This document shows positions 11,463-22,477 of a stretch of 64,000 nt of DNA, in pieces. Below the pieces are notes generated by a model. The model made no database searches and had not been told where the DNA came from. It was given only the letters and a program-made list of their open reading frames with translations. The DNA is from Nitrospirota bacterium (lineage in GTDB: Bacteria; Nitrospirota; UBA9217). The translations under genes were made by a program, and so were the position numbers. Numbering within the stretch: the stretch's first letter is position 1; each line of letters begins with the position of its first letter. The stretch spans positions 1,088,001-1,152,000 of the forward strand of contig CAVTRN010000002.1 of assembly GCA_963737155.1 (NCBI GenBank), written 5' to 3'.

Positions 11463-13298
11463 ATGACCCTCGAAGAAAAACTCAAGAACCTCCCCGACGA
11501 GCCAGGAGTCTATATGATGATGGACGCCCGGGGGCACATTATTTATATCGGCAAAGCTGTGTCGCTTGTGAACCGAGTAAATTCCTATTTCCAGAAAGGG
11601 CCGAAAGGCGAGAAGACCGAGCTTATGGTGCGCCAGATCGCGGACCTTGAGACTATTGTGACGCATACCGAGCTTGAGGCCCTGATCCTCGAATCGAACC
11701 TCATCAAGAAACACCACCCGCGGTACAACATTATTCTCCGGGACGACAAGAACTATCCTTATCTTCGGTTCGACATCAAGTCGGAATATCCTCGGCTCGA
11801 AGTCGTCCGGCGATTGAAAAAGGACGGGGCCGCATATTACGGGCCCTATGTCCCTGCTGGCGGCATGTGGGAGTCACTCGCGCTCATTCGCAGGACCTTT
11901 CCGCTCGCCTCATGCAGGAAGGAACTGGGAAAGAAACCGGAGCGTGCTTGCGTCCAGTTCCAGATTGGACGGTGTCTGGGGCCGTGCACCGGCGGGGTCG
12001 ACAGTGCAGCGTATCGTGATGTCGTTTCCCAGGTCCGTCTCTTTCTCGAGGGCAAGAACCGCGATCTTCTCGACATGCTCAAGCGTCGCATGGAGGAGGC
12101 GTCGGAGAAGACGGAGTACGAGCGCGCGGCAGAACTCAGGGACCGGATCGCAAAGATCAATGGCGCTTTCGAGAGGCAGAAGGTCATCTCCCCAGGGTTC
12201 GAGAATCAGGATGTTGTTGGAATCGCATCCGAAGCGGGCCGTGCGGACATCCAGGTGCTCTTCATCAGAAACGGAATGATGCTCGGGCGGAAAGACTTCT
12301 ATCTCGACGACGTGCGCGGTTTGTCGAACGAAGATATCCTCGGCGACTTCCTGCGCCAATTTTATGCAAAGGAGATGATCGTCCCCGCCGAGGTCCTGCT
12401 GCCGTGCGAGGTGTCTGATCGGGAGGTATTCGAGAGATGGCTTTCGGAAAAGCGCGAAGCAAGGGTTGATGTCCTGGTTCCCCAGCGCGGACGCAAGCGC
12501 GAACTGGCGCAGATGGCATCGGATAACGCAGCCCAGTCGCTTCGCGAACATACGCTTTCCCGGAGGAGCAAGGAGAAAATCCTGGCGCGGCTCCAGGAAG
12601 AGCTGGGGCTCCGGAACCTTCCGCGCAGGATCGAGGCCTTCGACATATCGCAGATACAGGGAACAGAGCCAGTCGCGAGCATGGTCAGTTTCGAGAACAA
12701 CGTCCCGGATAAGCGGCATTATAAACGTTTCAAGATAAAAACGGTGACGGGCCAGGACGACTTTGCGAGCATGGCTGAGGTGATCCGGCGGCATTACACG
12801 AGGGCGAAAGAGGATGGAACGCTTCCCGATCTCATCCTTATCGATGGCGGCAAGGGGCAGCTCAGTGCTGCCCTTGACGTGCTGAAGGATCTGCAGATCG
12901 AGGAACCTGACGTCATCGGTCTCGCTAAGGCCCGCAGTGGGAATGAGGGTGTAGAGCGGGAGTTCGAGCGAGTCTTTCTCCCGGGCATGGAGGAACCGAT
13001 TATTCTTGACCCCTTGAGTGCGACTACGCACCTGGTGGCGCGGGCGCGCGATGAGGCCCATCGGTTTGCGATCACCTATCATCGGAAACTTCGTGAGAAA
13101 CGGGCTGTCCATTCAGAACTTGACGACATCCCTGGAATCGGAAAAGCCCGGAAGAAAGCGCTGCTTCGTCACTTTGGAAGTGTGGAGAAGATCAAACAGG
13201 CGTCGTTGGAGGAGTTGGCCGCTGTGGCGGGCATGACCGGAAAAGCTGCTGATAAAATAGCCGAGTTTTACGGGAAAAAATCGGCTGAAAAGGTTTAA
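11463..13298 (+). CDS. uvrC: Excinuclease ABC subunit C
   Basis: PGVY..YIGKA GIY-YIG domain, RIEAFDIS, PDLILIDGGKGQ, RDEAHRFA, HhH motifs. Confidence 0.99.
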   Translation: MTLEEKLKNLPDEPGVYMMMDARGHIIYIGKAVSLVNRVNSYFQKGPKGEKTELMVRQIADLETIVTHTELEALILESNLIKKHHPRYNIILRDDKNYPYLRFDIKSEYPRLEVVRRLKKDGAAYYGPYVPAGGMWESLALIRRTFPLASCRKELGKKPERACVQFQIGRCLGPCTGGVDSAAYRDVVSQVRLFLEGKNRDLLDMLKRRMEEASEKTEYERAAELRDRIAKINGAFERQKVISPGFENQDVVGIASEAGRADIQVLFIRNGMMLGRKDFYLDDVRGLSNEDILGDFLRQFYAKEMIVPAEVLLPCEVSDREVFERWLSEKREARVDVLVPQRGRKRELAQMASDNAAQSLREHTLSRRSKEKILARLQEELGLRNLPRRIEAFDISQIQGTEPVASMVSFENNVPDKRHYKRFKIKTVTGQDDFASMAEVIRRHYTRAKEDGTLPDLILIDGGKGQLSAALDVLKDLQIEEPDVIGLAKARSGNEGVEREFERVFLPGMEEPIILDPLSATTHLVARARDEAHRFAITYHRKLREKRAVHSELDDIPGIGKARKKALLRHFGSVEKIKQASLEELAAVAGMTGKAADKIAEFYGKKSAEKV

Positions 13299-13654
13299 TA
13301 CATGTAGCCGATGAGAGAGATAAAATTCGTCCTAGGTAAAAGCGAGTCGAGAACCAGGTTTATGTTAATAAACGAGAAAAAACTCGATTCCCCCTGCATC
13401 TTTTGCATAATCCTTTCGGAGCGAGCGCAGGTAGCTCTAAAATGGAGTAAAAGCTGAGGAGTTTATTCCCGGGAAGTTAAGGTTAAAAGTAATTTTATAA
13501 TCATATAGTGACATTAATTTTAGCCAATATATATTGCAACTCTACATATGGCGACAACCCGCAATAACCCCGGAAGCGACTTTTGCGATTGTAAAACATA
13601 TTTATCAGCCATGTGGTTATGTTAACCGAGACCCCCTATAATCGAGGAGATTTT

Positions 13655-14467
13655 ATGACAAACGAACAATGGCTGGAGATGTTTAGAGTCATCGGTGCGA
13701 AAATGCGAAGTGGAATCGCTGATATCCTGAACACAGAGGGGGGCAAGATTCCCCTCGGGAAAGGGGCGGGAGGCGATAAGACCTTCCCCGTGGATAAATG
13801 GGCGGAGGATATTATTATTTCCGGGCTGGAACAAATGCAGCGGGAAGGCGAAGCATTTACTCTTATCTCCGAGGAACTCGGGATTCGTAAATTCGGCGAC
13901 GGCAGAAAGGTCGTGCTGGTCGACCCCATCGACGGTAGCAACAATGCAAAGACGGGGATCCCTTTTTTTTCCTCATCAATGGCCCTCTTGAATGGCGATA
14001 CCCTCTCTGACCTCGCTGCGGGTTATGTGATCAACCTGTCCACGGGAGACGAGTTCTGGGCCCTCCGCGCCCAGGGTGCATATAAGAACGGCAAGCGCAT
14101 AAGGACATCGGCGACCGAAGGCATTAACATCGTGGCCTACGAGGCGTCATCTCCCTTAACCGATCTGCCGCGGCTCCTGCCGCTGCTGACGCGGGCGAAA
14201 CGGACCCGCTGCTTCGGATCCACGGCCCTGGATCTCGCGTACCTTGCATCGGGTGCAATCAGCCTGTTCGCTACAGCAACGGCCTCGCGGGCCTTTGACT
14301 ACGCCGCCGGTTTGCTGATCGTCGAGGAGGCGGACGGCGTGGTAACCGACCTCGAAGGACGGCATATCGACCACGTTGTAGCGGGTTTGGACAGAACGGT
14401 TCCTCTTCTCGCAAGCGCGCACGAACGTCTCCACGTCGCAGCGCTTGATTTGCTTGCAACAACATGA
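13655..14467 (+). CDS. Inositol monophosphatase / FBPase family protein
   Basis: ISEE, VDPIDGSNN, GSTALDLAYLASG, FDYAAG motifs. Confidence 0.9.
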   Translation: MTNEQWLEMFRVIGAKMRSGIADILNTEGGKIPLGKGAGGDKTFPVDKWAEDIIISGLEQMQREGEAFTLISEELGIRKFGDGRKVVLVDPIDGSNNAKTGIPFFSSSMALLNGDTLSDLAAGYVINLSTGDEFWALRAQGAYKNGKRIRTSATEGINIVAYEASSPLTDLPRLLPLLTRAKRTRCFGSTALDLAYLASGAISLFATATASRAFDYAAGLLIVEEADGVVTDLEGRHIDHVVAGLDRTVPLLASAHERLHVAALDLLATT

Positions 14468-14519
14468 CAATCCCGTTCAGCAGTATTGACATACCATACT
14501 TTTTATGTAATTATGAAAT

Positions 14520-15443
14520 ATGGCCCTTGTTAACCACACCACGCGTGAAATCAACACAAAGATCGTATATTATGGCCCTGGACTCTGCGGGAAAACGACG
14601 AACATTCACCTTATTTACCATCGGATCTCGCCGAATCAGCGCGGGAAACTCATCTCGCTGGCCACGGAGACTGATCGAACATTGTTTTTCGACTTCCTTC
14701 CAGTTGAGCTGGGCACCATTAAAAATTACAAAGTGCGGTTCCATCTCTATACCGTACCAGGCCAGGTATTTTATAATGCCACGAGGAAGCTTGTGCTCAA
14801 GGGCGCAGACGGCCTTATTTTCGTGGCCGATTCTCAGCGCGCTCTGTTGGAGGCAAACCTCGAGAGCTTGGCGGATCTTCGCGATAACTTAGCCGAGCAA
14901 GGCGTCAATATCATCGAGTTTCCCATGGTGATTCAGTATAACAAACGGGATCTTCCCGACGTTCTTTCGGTAGAGGATCTGAATGCGTCGCTCAACCCGC
15001 GGAATGCGCTTTATTACGAGGCTGTTGCGACGACCGGAGAGGGCGTCCTGAAAACATTTACCGCTATATCCAAGCTTGTGCTGCAGGATATGCAGAAATA
15101 TCCGGAACGCCACAACTTTTCGTTGAACGATGTCGTCGGCAAGGGCGAGAGGCGCTCCGAGCCGTCCGAAGACATCATGAAGGATGTGCCGCCGTCGGAA
15201 CCGTCTATGACTGGAGTTGCCGCGGCTGAGGCGAAATCGGAAATGGCGGCGTTCGTGAATGCCGTTGATGCAAAGGTGAAAGTGAACCTGGGAAAAGCCT
15301 CTATGGAGGATGGTGGCATCATCCTTCCCTTTGACATCGTGAGCGGAGATCGGGAGGAACAGTTCGAGCTTCATATTGCAATCGATATGGAGGCGCCCCT
15401 TTCCAAGCGCTTCAAAGTTATTATAAAAAATTTCAAAAAATGA
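14520..15443 (+). CDS. MglA-family small GTPase with C-terminal extension
   Basis: KIVYYGPGLCGKTTN, DRTLFFDF, YTVPGQVFY, QYNKRDL. Confidence 0.9.
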   Translation: MALVNHTTREINTKIVYYGPGLCGKTTNIHLIYHRISPNQRGKLISLATETDRTLFFDFLPVELGTIKNYKVRFHLYTVPGQVFYNATRKLVLKGADGLIFVADSQRALLEANLESLADLRDNLAEQGVNIIEFPMVIQYNKRDLPDVLSVEDLNASLNPRNALYYEAVATTGEGVLKTFTAISKLVLQDMQKYPERHNFSLNDVVGKGERRSEPSEDIMKDVPPSEPSMTGVAAAEAKSEMAAFVNAVDAKVKVNLGKASMEDGGIILPFDIVSGDREEQFELHIAIDMEAPLSKRFKVIIKNFKK

Positions 15444-15545
15444 ATATTACGCGCGGACGTGGAGCCCTAGACGCTGAAGACGAATTCTTCTGGCGACCGT
15501 AATCCATATTGAAACAGTGGCATTGATCACGTTCATGAGGTTTCT

Positions 15546-16259
15546 ATGTCTAAGGTAACAGTGCTTATACCTGCAGCGGGCATGGGAAAGAGAATGGGCA
15601 GGGCCATCGCGAAGCAGTTTCTTCCCCTGGGTGACAAACCCATGCTTGCTCATACCCTCTTGGTATTCCAGCGTGTTTCAGAAATCGACGAGATCATCCC
15701 GATCCTTTCGCAGGAGGACATGGAAAATTGTCTCGCAGCTATAATCGAACAGTACCACATTACAAAAGTGAAGACCCTGGTCGTGGGCGGCAAGGAGCGG
15801 CAGGACTCGGTGGCAAACGGTCTGCATAAACTCGAGAGGGACGCATCGGTGGTGCTCATCCATGACGGGGTGAGGCCTTTCGTAACACCCGAGATGATCA
15901 AGGAAGCCGTGGACTATGCCAGGAAAGGCGAGTGTGTGACCGTAGGCGTGCCGATCAAGGACACCATCAAGGAAGTGAACGACCAAGGGATAGTGCGTCA
16001 GACCCTGGAGCGCAGCAAGCTCTGGGCCATTCAGACACCTCAGGCATTCCCAGTCAGGACCCTTAAACAGGCGTACGGGGAAGCTTCCTTAAGGCAAAGG
16101 TATGGCACAGACGATGCGACGCTCGTTGAGCGAATGGGCGGTAAAGTGCGGGTGATCATGGGAAGCTATGATAATATCAAAATCACGACGCCTGAAGACT
16201 TGGTGTTGGCGGAGGAGATACTGAAGAGGCGCTATGATGCGGATCGGGATAGGTTATGA
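15546..16259 (+). CDS. ispD: 2-C-methyl-D-erythritol 4-phosphate cytidylyltransferase
   Basis: [33 protein letters not shown]. Confidence 0.97.
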   Translation: MSKVTVLIPAAGMGKRMGRAIAKQFLPLGDKPMLAHTLLVFQRVSEIDEIIPILSQEDMENCLAAIIEQYHITKVKTLVVGGKERQDSVANGLHKLERDASVVLIHDGVRPFVTPEMIKEAVDYARKGECVTVGVPIKDTIKEVNDQGIVRQTLERSKLWAIQTPQAFPVRTLKQAYGEASLRQRYGTDDATLVERMGGKVRVIMGSYDNIKITTPEDLVLAEEILKRRYDADRDRL

Positions 16260-16713
16260 TGTTCACCGTCTCAGCGGTGGCCTCAAGCTCGTCATAGGCG
16301 GTGTGGACGTTCCCTCTGAGCAGGGACTTGTTGGCCACTCCGATGCCGATGTGCTGCTCCACGCGATCTGCGACGCCCTGCTTGGAGCGGCAGGGCTCGG
16401 CGACATTGGCCGGCATTTCCCGGATTCCGCTCCGAAATACAAAGGTATTTCCAGCCTGATCCTGCTCCGGGAAGTGCACCGGCTTCTCAAGGAAACGGGC
16501 TATCGCGTCAACAATATCGACGCCACCATTGTGGCAGAGCGTCCGAAAATGGCCCCTCATGTGCCCGCAATGACGGCGAATATCGCTGCCGCTGTCAACG
16601 TTGACCGGTCTATGGTCAATGTGAAGGCGACTACGACCGAAGGGCTCGGGTTTGCGGGAAAGGGCGAGGGAATGGCCGCCTATGCCGTTTGTACAATCAG
16701 GAAATCGGAGTAA
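16234..16713 (+). CDS. ispF: 2-C-methyl-D-erythritol 2,4-cyclodiphosphate synthase
   Basis: [26 protein letters not shown]. Confidence 0.97.
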   Translation: MMRIGIGYDVHRLSGGLKLVIGGVDVPSEQGLVGHSDADVLLHAICDALLGAAGLGDIGRHFPDSAPKYKGISSLILLREVHRLLKETGYRVNNIDATIVAERPKMAPHVPAMTANIAAAVNVDRSMVNVKATTTEGLGFAGKGEGMAAYAVCTIRKSE

Positions 16714-16714
16714 T

Positions 16715-17470
16715 ATGACATATTTTATTCTAATTGTTTTTGTTTTTCTGGTCACGGTTGCGCCGGCCTTTCCACAGGTTGATGATCAGACGGGGAGCCA
16801 GAAGCAGAAAGAACAGGAACAACAAAAACACTTCCTGTATGAGTGGACCGACAGCAAGGGCATTGTTCATATTACCGACAGTCTCAGTAATGTTCCGGAG
16901 AAATACCGGTCCGAAGCACAGAGGTTAGAAACCCCTTCGGGAGCCGAGGGAACGGAAAGCCAGCCGGGAGAACAGGGCACAATAGATCATCCCGATTACT
17001 CTAAAGAAGAGGAAATTCTGCAGAACCAGAAGGAAGCATGGCAAAGTCGTATGAAGGCAGCGAAACAGCAATTGGCAGACGCCGAGCGGCGCTACCAGGA
17101 GCTGTCGCAGAAGAGGGATGAATTGCTTGGGAGTTGGGGAGGGCCCGCATCGGGACACTTGGAAGGCCGGGAGGAAGCTGCCCGCATAGAACAGCAGCTG
17201 AAGCAGGTGCAGAAGGAGATTGATGATACACGGCAACAGATAAGGGTGGTGATCCCCAATGAAGCGCGTAAGGCCGGGATCCACCGGGATGGCTTAGAGA
17301 ATGATCGCAAAAGAATGCTGATTGAAAACTTAGCAATGTTGAAATCGTCAATGATGATAAACGTGCAAGACAATTCTCAGTGGTGTAGCTCTCCTGCCGA
17401 TCAGTGCGTGTCACGCCGAAGGTTTTTTAAATTGTTGGTCAGTACTCTTCAATCCGCAATGACAACATGA
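16715..17470 (+). CDS. Exported DUF4124-domain coiled-coil protein (probable frameshift near 17281; likely native stop 17304)
   Basis: Signal peptide, [21 protein letters not shown] motif, coiled coil; PPGWLRE* lies in the shifted frame. Confidence 0.8.
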   Translation: MTYFILIVFVFLVTVAPAFPQVDDQTGSQKQKEQEQQKHFLYEWTDSKGIVHITDSLSNVPEKYRSEAQRLETPSGAEGTESQPGEQGTIDHPDYSKEEEILQNQKEAWQSRMKAAKQQLADAERRYQELSQKRDELLGSWGGPASGHLEGREEAARIEQQLKQVQKEIDDTRQQIRVVIPNEARKAGIHRDGLENDRKRMLIENLAMLKSSMMINVQDNSQWCSSPADQCVSRRRFFKLLVSTLQSAMTT

Positions 17471-18123
17471 GTGATATCATTCGAAAGATCAGAAAAGATT
17501 TTCATGCAGCACTTTCCATGGATCCTGCCGCTACGAACAGACTAGAGGTCGCTCTGACGTATGCAGGTGTTCACGCGCTTCTGCTCTACCGTTTCGCCCA
17601 CTGGCTGTGGACAAAACGCATTCCTTTTGTTCCGCGTGCTCTGTCACAGTTAGGACGGTTCCTGACGGGCATTGAAATTCATCCCGGTGCGACAATAGGC
17701 TCGGGGTTGTTCATTGACCATGGGATGGGAGTGGTAATCGGCGAGACAGCGGAGATCGGCGATAACGTCACGCTGTTTCAGGGGGTGACGCTTGGAGGAA
17801 CGGGCAAACAGCGGGGTAAACGACACCCGACGTTGGGGAGCCACGTTGTCGTGGGTGCCGGCGCAAAGGTGCTTGGCCCCATAAAAATTGGCGATTATGT
17901 CAAGATCGGTGCTAACTCGGTGGTGCTTCAGGATGTGCCGGATCATTCAACCGTGGTCGGCATTCCCGGGAAAATTGTTAGAATCAAGGACGAACGCGTT
18001 CCCGATGAAGCGCTTCTCGACCATATCCACATCCCCGATCCCATCGCGGACCGGTTCATCGATCTTCAGGTGCAGATCGATTCACTGAAAAGAGACTTGG
18101 AGAATCTTCGACAAAAAAAATGA
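17467..18123 (+). CDS. cysE: Serine O-acetyltransferase
   Basis: [35 protein letters not shown]. Confidence 0.97.
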   Translation: MSDIIRKIRKDFHAALSMDPAATNRLEVALTYAGVHALLLYRFAHWLWTKRIPFVPRALSQLGRFLTGIEIHPGATIGSGLFIDHGMGVVIGETAEIGDNVTLFQGVTLGGTGKQRGKRHPTLGSHVVVGAGAKVLGPIKIGDYVKIGANSVVLQDVPDHSTVVGIPGKIVRIKDERVPDEALLDHIHIPDPIADRFIDLQVQIDSLKRDLENLRQKK

Positions 18124-18165
18124 TTGCAAAAATCCTGATAGGTGATGAGTCAGGCTTAAACATCG

Positions 18166-18585
18166 TCAATCCTCTATGATTTTATAACTGTGCTTGATTG
18201 TTCCCGCCTTCGCTAGTGTTGCCCCGACTGAGCAGTACTTATCGAGGGACAAGGCAATAGCTCTTTCAACTGCCTCCTTTTCAACACCCTTACCCCTCAC
18301 GACATACTCGATATGAACTGATTTGTACACTTGCGGAGGGTTTTCGGCCTTTTCTCCCTGTATATTGATTTCAAGACCTGTGACGGGCTGACGTTTTTTC
18401 CGAAGAATTGATATAACGTCCATACCCGAGCAACCGCCGAATCCGACGAGCAGCAGTTCCATGGGCCGGAATCCCGCATTGTGACCACCGGCTGTATCAT
18501 CGGCGTCCATGTTCAGGGTATGACCAGACGTTGCATTGCCTGTAAACAGCATATCATGCATGAGAGTTACTTTTGCTTCAACCAT
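18166..18585 (-). CDS. OsmC/YhfA family protein
   Basis: RPMELLLVGFGGCSGMD and KYCSV two-Cys motifs. Confidence 0.92.
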   Translation of the reverse strand: MVEAKVTLMHDMLFTGNATSGHTLNMDADDTAGGHNAGFRPMELLLVGFGGCSGMDVISILRKKRQPVTGLEINIQGEKAENPPQVYKSVHIEYVVRGKGVEKEAVERAIALSLDKYCSVGATLAKAGTIKHSYKIIED

Positions 18586-19442
18586 GTTTTCTGACTCCAT
18601 TCCTGTAATGAAATAAAAAGCGGTCTAAAAATTTAATCATCGTACCAGAAAGTCTTTGTGGCTGTCAATGGCCATTCCTAAAAACATAAAAATTTATCTC
18701 CCGCAACGATGACGGCAGCTGTTATATCCTGCACAAAACCATCCAAAGCTCGGACTGATCCGCGATAAATAAGCTGCCGCACCTAGGCCCGACGTGCTGA
18801 TTGCAGGTATTCAGATCCAGTGCGCAAATGCCTGTCTCGCCGGCCGACAACGATGACAGCGACAGCGGGGTCGGCAGGCAGCTTCATAAGCGTTGGTCTG
18901 TTGCGTTAAGGCAGGACCAATCTCAGTGACCTTTTTGAGGTTGCCAAGCCTTTTTTTCAGCGAATGTGGGAAGTCGCCCTCGTGGCGCGTCTAGATCATT
19001 TTTCTGGTTATGACTGAATACGCGAAAATACAGAGCGACAACACCCGAAGCAGTTTCCTCCTCTTAAATATTAAGTGTCCCGATTGGCATTTGCGGAACC
19101 TGCGGCAGTTTAATTGCTTTCCGTCCGTTTCTGATCGGTTCAACACTTATACCTTGTTGCTTTGAAATATGTTTAATTTAATAATGATATTATGATATAT
19201 ATACTAATATTTTATAACAAAAAATAAGCAGCGTCTGGTCGTATTTTTAATTACATTCGTTTTCTTTGGGGAAAATAGACAATAACTAAATAACTTTAGT
19301 ATTATTTAAAAAAATCGGCATATTAAGCGTTTCTCTACAGAAATAATGGTGAAGACGCCATAATTCAAGGACTCACCTCGTTATCAGAATATATAAGATT
19401 ATGATTAATAAATGGATTAATTTTTAAAGATCACATTGTCTG

Positions 19443-19457
19443 TGGCACTTAAATTGC
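19443..19457 (+). promoter_or_regulatory. sigma54 -24/-12 promoter upstream of dsrA
   Basis: TGGCAC-TTAAA-TTGC, preceded by ~300 bp AT-rich DNA. Confidence 0.65.
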
Positions 19458-19585
19458 GGGAAAATAATTTGATTTCATTGCTTATCCATAAAAGGCATGT
19501 AACTATTTGTAATAATTTAGTTGTTAAATGAATATTCGCAACCGTGATAATTATATGCGTTTATAGCAGAATTAATTTTTTTTAT

Positions 19586-19614
19586 TTGACTAAAACAGAA
19601 AGTACACTTACAAT
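19586..19614 (+). promoter_or_regulatory. sigma70-type promoter of the dsr operon
   Basis: TTGACT-N17-TACAAT with T-rich UP element. Confidence 0.7.
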
Positions 19615-19856
19615 CGCATTTCCTGACGTTGCTAAAGAAGTGATGTTTCATCGATAATTATTTACCTGCCCACCTCAGTTCACTAATAAAACCGTTAGCA
19701 GAAAGGGGGATCATTCACCATAATTCTGATAATTTCGCAGTCTGTCATTTGCGAATGGTTGCGAACGCCATAGATCAGAACCTCCATTTTCGCAAATACT
19801 TTTGAGTTCACCGAATGAATAATGTACTGATATAAATCTATAAGGAGGATTTCCTA

Positions 19857-21035
19857 ATGAGCAAAGATGGTAAGACACCAATGCTAGACGACCTGGAAAA
19901 AGGCGCATGGCCGAGTTTCGTAAAAGAGATCAAAACAGCCGCAAAGAGAAGCAACACGGCTCAAGATCTTCTCGGCATCCTGGAGAGATCTTATAGGGAC
20001 AAAGTCACCCACTGGAAGCACGGAGGGATTGTGGGCGTACTTGGTTACGGCGGGGGCGTTATCGGACGTTACTGCGATCTTCCCGAAGAGTTCCCCGGTG
20101 TGGCCCATTTCCATACCGTTCGTGTAAACCCCCCGTCAGGTTTTTTCTATACCTCCAAGGCACTCAAAGAACTGTGCGATATCTGGGATAAATACGGCAG
20201 CGGCATGACGAACATGCACGGATCTACTGGTGATATGATTTGGCTTGGCACTCAAACCGACAAGCTCGAGCCAATCTTCGCCGAGATAACTGCAAAGGGA
20301 TGGGACCTCGGCGGTTCCGGTTCATGCCTTCGTACTCCGAGTTCCTGCGTGGGCATGGCACGCTGCGAGTTTTCGAACATCGATACTATGAACATCTGCC
20401 ACACCTTCACCCAGAAATTCCAGGATGAACTCCATCGTCCTGCATTCCCTTACAAATTCAAGATCAAGGTATCCGGCTGTGCCAATGACTGCACTGCGGC
20501 AGTGGCACGCGCCGACATGTCCATCATCGGCACCTGGCGCGACAACATCCGTATCGACGCGGCTGAGGTGAAGAATTATTCCAAGGACATGGACATCAAG
20601 ACGGAAGTAACCGATATGTGCCCGACCCACTGCATGAGCTGGGACGGCAGCAGTCTCAAGATTAACGACAAGGATTGCAACCGCTGCATGCATTGCATAA
20701 ACCGCATGCCGAAAGCATTGCGTCCTGGCAAAGAGAAGGGCGCGACCATCATGTTGGGCGGAAAGGCCCCAATCGTGACGGGCGCTCTTATGAGCTGGGT
20801 TCTTGTTCCCTTCATGAAGCTTGAGGCACCCTATGATAACCTGGAAGACCTTATCCGCAAGCTGTGGGAATGGTGGGATGAGCATGGAAAGAATCGTGAA
20901 CGTATCGGCGAACTCGTCGACCGTATGGGCATGAGATCCATGCTTGAAGCCACCGGCATCCCGCCGGTCCCGCAGATGGTAAAGGCACCGAGGACCAACC
21001 CCTATGTGTTCTGGGCAGAGGGTGAAGTGCAGTAG
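19857..21035 (+). CDS. dsrA: Dissimilatory sulfite reductase alpha subunit
   Basis: HWKHGGIVGV.GYGGGVIGRY, CVGMARC, HRPAFPYKFK, GCANDC, RERIGE. Confidence 0.99.
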   Translation: MSKDGKTPMLDDLEKGAWPSFVKEIKTAAKRSNTAQDLLGILERSYRDKVTHWKHGGIVGVLGYGGGVIGRYCDLPEEFPGVAHFHTVRVNPPSGFFYTSKALKELCDIWDKYGSGMTNMHGSTGDMIWLGTQTDKLEPIFAEITAKGWDLGGSGSCLRTPSSCVGMARCEFSNIDTMNICHTFTQKFQDELHRPAFPYKFKIKVSGCANDCTAAVARADMSIIGTWRDNIRIDAAEVKNYSKDMDIKTEVTDMCPTHCMSWDGSSLKINDKDCNRCMHCINRMPKALRPGKEKGATIMLGGKAPIVTGALMSWVLVPFMKLEAPYDNLEDLIRKLWEWWDEHGKNRERIGELVDRMGMRSMLEATGIPPVPQMVKAPRTNPYVFWAEGEVQ

Positions 21036-21076
21036 TCATACACTGATTCGAATAATATCAAGGAGGGAAACCTATA

Positions 21077-22150
21077 ATGGCTGACAAACCGAAAAGAATA
21101 ACAGATCTTGGTGCACCCGACTACCATAAATTTCTGCCTCCCGTAATCACAAAAAATTATGGAAAGTGGAAGTACCATGAATATATCAACAAAGGTACGA
21201 TGAAGCATGTGTCCGAAACCGGCGACGAGCTGTATACTGTCCGCATCGCAACGTCCCGTCTTGTAAGCACCGACTTCATCCGTGAGATGTGTGATCTCGC
21301 TGAAAAATTCAGCGGCGGGCACCTCCGCTGGACGACCCGCCATAACGTCGAATTTTTCCCGGCAAAGGAGCAGGTTGACGCTCTTCAGGTAGAACTCAAG
21401 AAACGCGGCCACCTTGTCGGTGGTATCGGCTACGGCATCAGCAATGTGGTACATACTCAGGGATGGATCCATTGCCACACCCCTGCCACGGACGCTTCGG
21501 GTGTTGTGAAGGCGGTCATGGACGAACTTCATGAATACTTTACCACGAAGAGTCTTCCGGCACGCGTCAGAATCGCCTTGGCCTGCTGCCTGAATATGTG
21601 CGGCGCAGTCCACTGCTCTGACATTGCCATACTCGGGATTCACCGCAAACCCCCGAAGGTAAACGAGGCTACGCTCGGAAACCAGTGCGAAATTCCGACG
21701 ACTATTGCATCGTGCCCCACGGGCGCCATCAGCCCGAACCCGGCAACGAAATCAGTGAAAATCAAGGCCGAGCGCTGTATGTATTGCGGCAACTGCTATA
21801 CCATGTGCCCATCACTTCCGATCGCCGATGGGACTGGTGACGGCATTTCCATCTATGTCGGTGGCAAGGTGTCGAATGCACGCGGGCCAGCCCGCATGTC
21901 CAAGCTTGTTATCCCGTTTCTTCCGAACAATCCGCCACGCTGGCCCGAAACGGTCAAGGCGGTCAAGCATCTTGTCGAGGTCTATGCTCAGAATGCTAAA
22001 AAACATGAACGGATGGGCGAATGGATCGAGCGCATCGGCTGGGAGCGGTTTTTCAAACTGACCGGCCTGGCATTTACGTATCAGCACATTGATGACTTCA
22101 CCTTTGCCCGTGATACATTCAGAATGACCCCCACATTCAAGTGGGAATAA
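21077..22150 (+). CDS. dsrB: Dissimilatory sulfite reductase beta subunit
   Basis: [48 protein letters not shown]. Confidence 0.99.
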   Translation: MADKPKRITDLGAPDYHKFLPPVITKNYGKWKYHEYINKGTMKHVSETGDELYTVRIATSRLVSTDFIREMCDLAEKFSGGHLRWTTRHNVEFFPAKEQVDALQVELKKRGHLVGGIGYGISNVVHTQGWIHCHTPATDASGVVKAVMDELHEYFTTKSLPARVRIALACCLNMCGAVHCSDIAILGIHRKPPKVNEATLGNQCEIPTTIASCPTGAISPNPATKSVKIKAERCMYCGNCYTMCPSLPIADGTGDGISIYVGGKVSNARGPARMSKLVIPFLPNNPPRWPETVKAVKHLVEVYAQNAKKHERMGEWIERIGWERFFKLTGLAFTYQHIDDFTFARDTFRMTPTFKWE

Positions 22151-22173
22151 GCCTTATCGTCCGGACTCCATGT

Positions 22174-22204
22174 CGGCCCCGGTATTCATCCGGGGCCGGT
22201 TTTT
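22174..22204 (+). terminator. Terminator-like hairpin between dsrB and dsrD
   Basis: CGGCCCCGG-tattcat-CCGGGGCCG then GTTTTT. Confidence 0.6.
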
Positions 22205-22240
22205 CTGATGCTGTGAACAACATAACCGGAGGGGGAAACT

Positions 22241-22477
22241 ATGGACGCCGCAGAACTGCAGAAAAAAGTTTATGAACTGGTAGAAAAGAACATGGGGAAA
22301 AAGAAGATGAAAGCCGGCGACATCACTAAGGCCATGGAAGCCGAAGGCGCAAGCAGGGATGAAGTCAAGGCAGCCATTCGTGAGCTTGTTGACGGCGGCA
22401 GGCTGGTGTATTCGTATTTCGGCGGAAGTTTCATAGAAATTCCTCATACGGAAGGCTCGGCCAACCCACAATCATAA
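22241..22477 (+). CDS. dsrD: DsrD winged-helix protein
   Basis: 78 aa directly after dsrB; VKAAIRELVDGGRLVYSYFGGSF fits the DsrD C-terminal pattern. Confidence 0.85.
   Translation: MDAAELQKKVYELVEKNMGKKKMKAGDITKAMEAEGASRDEVKAAIRELVDGGRLVYSYFGGSFIEIPHTEGSANPQS

Noticed and set aside
11910-13112. Long antisense ORFs (400 aa opposite uvrC; also opposite ftsY and metB)
   Set aside because: Shadow frames of well-supported genes with no recognisable motifs
19451-19464. AAATTGCGGGAAAA resembling a group I intron P4 segment
   Set aside because: No other group I core elements; overlaps the sigma54 -12 box
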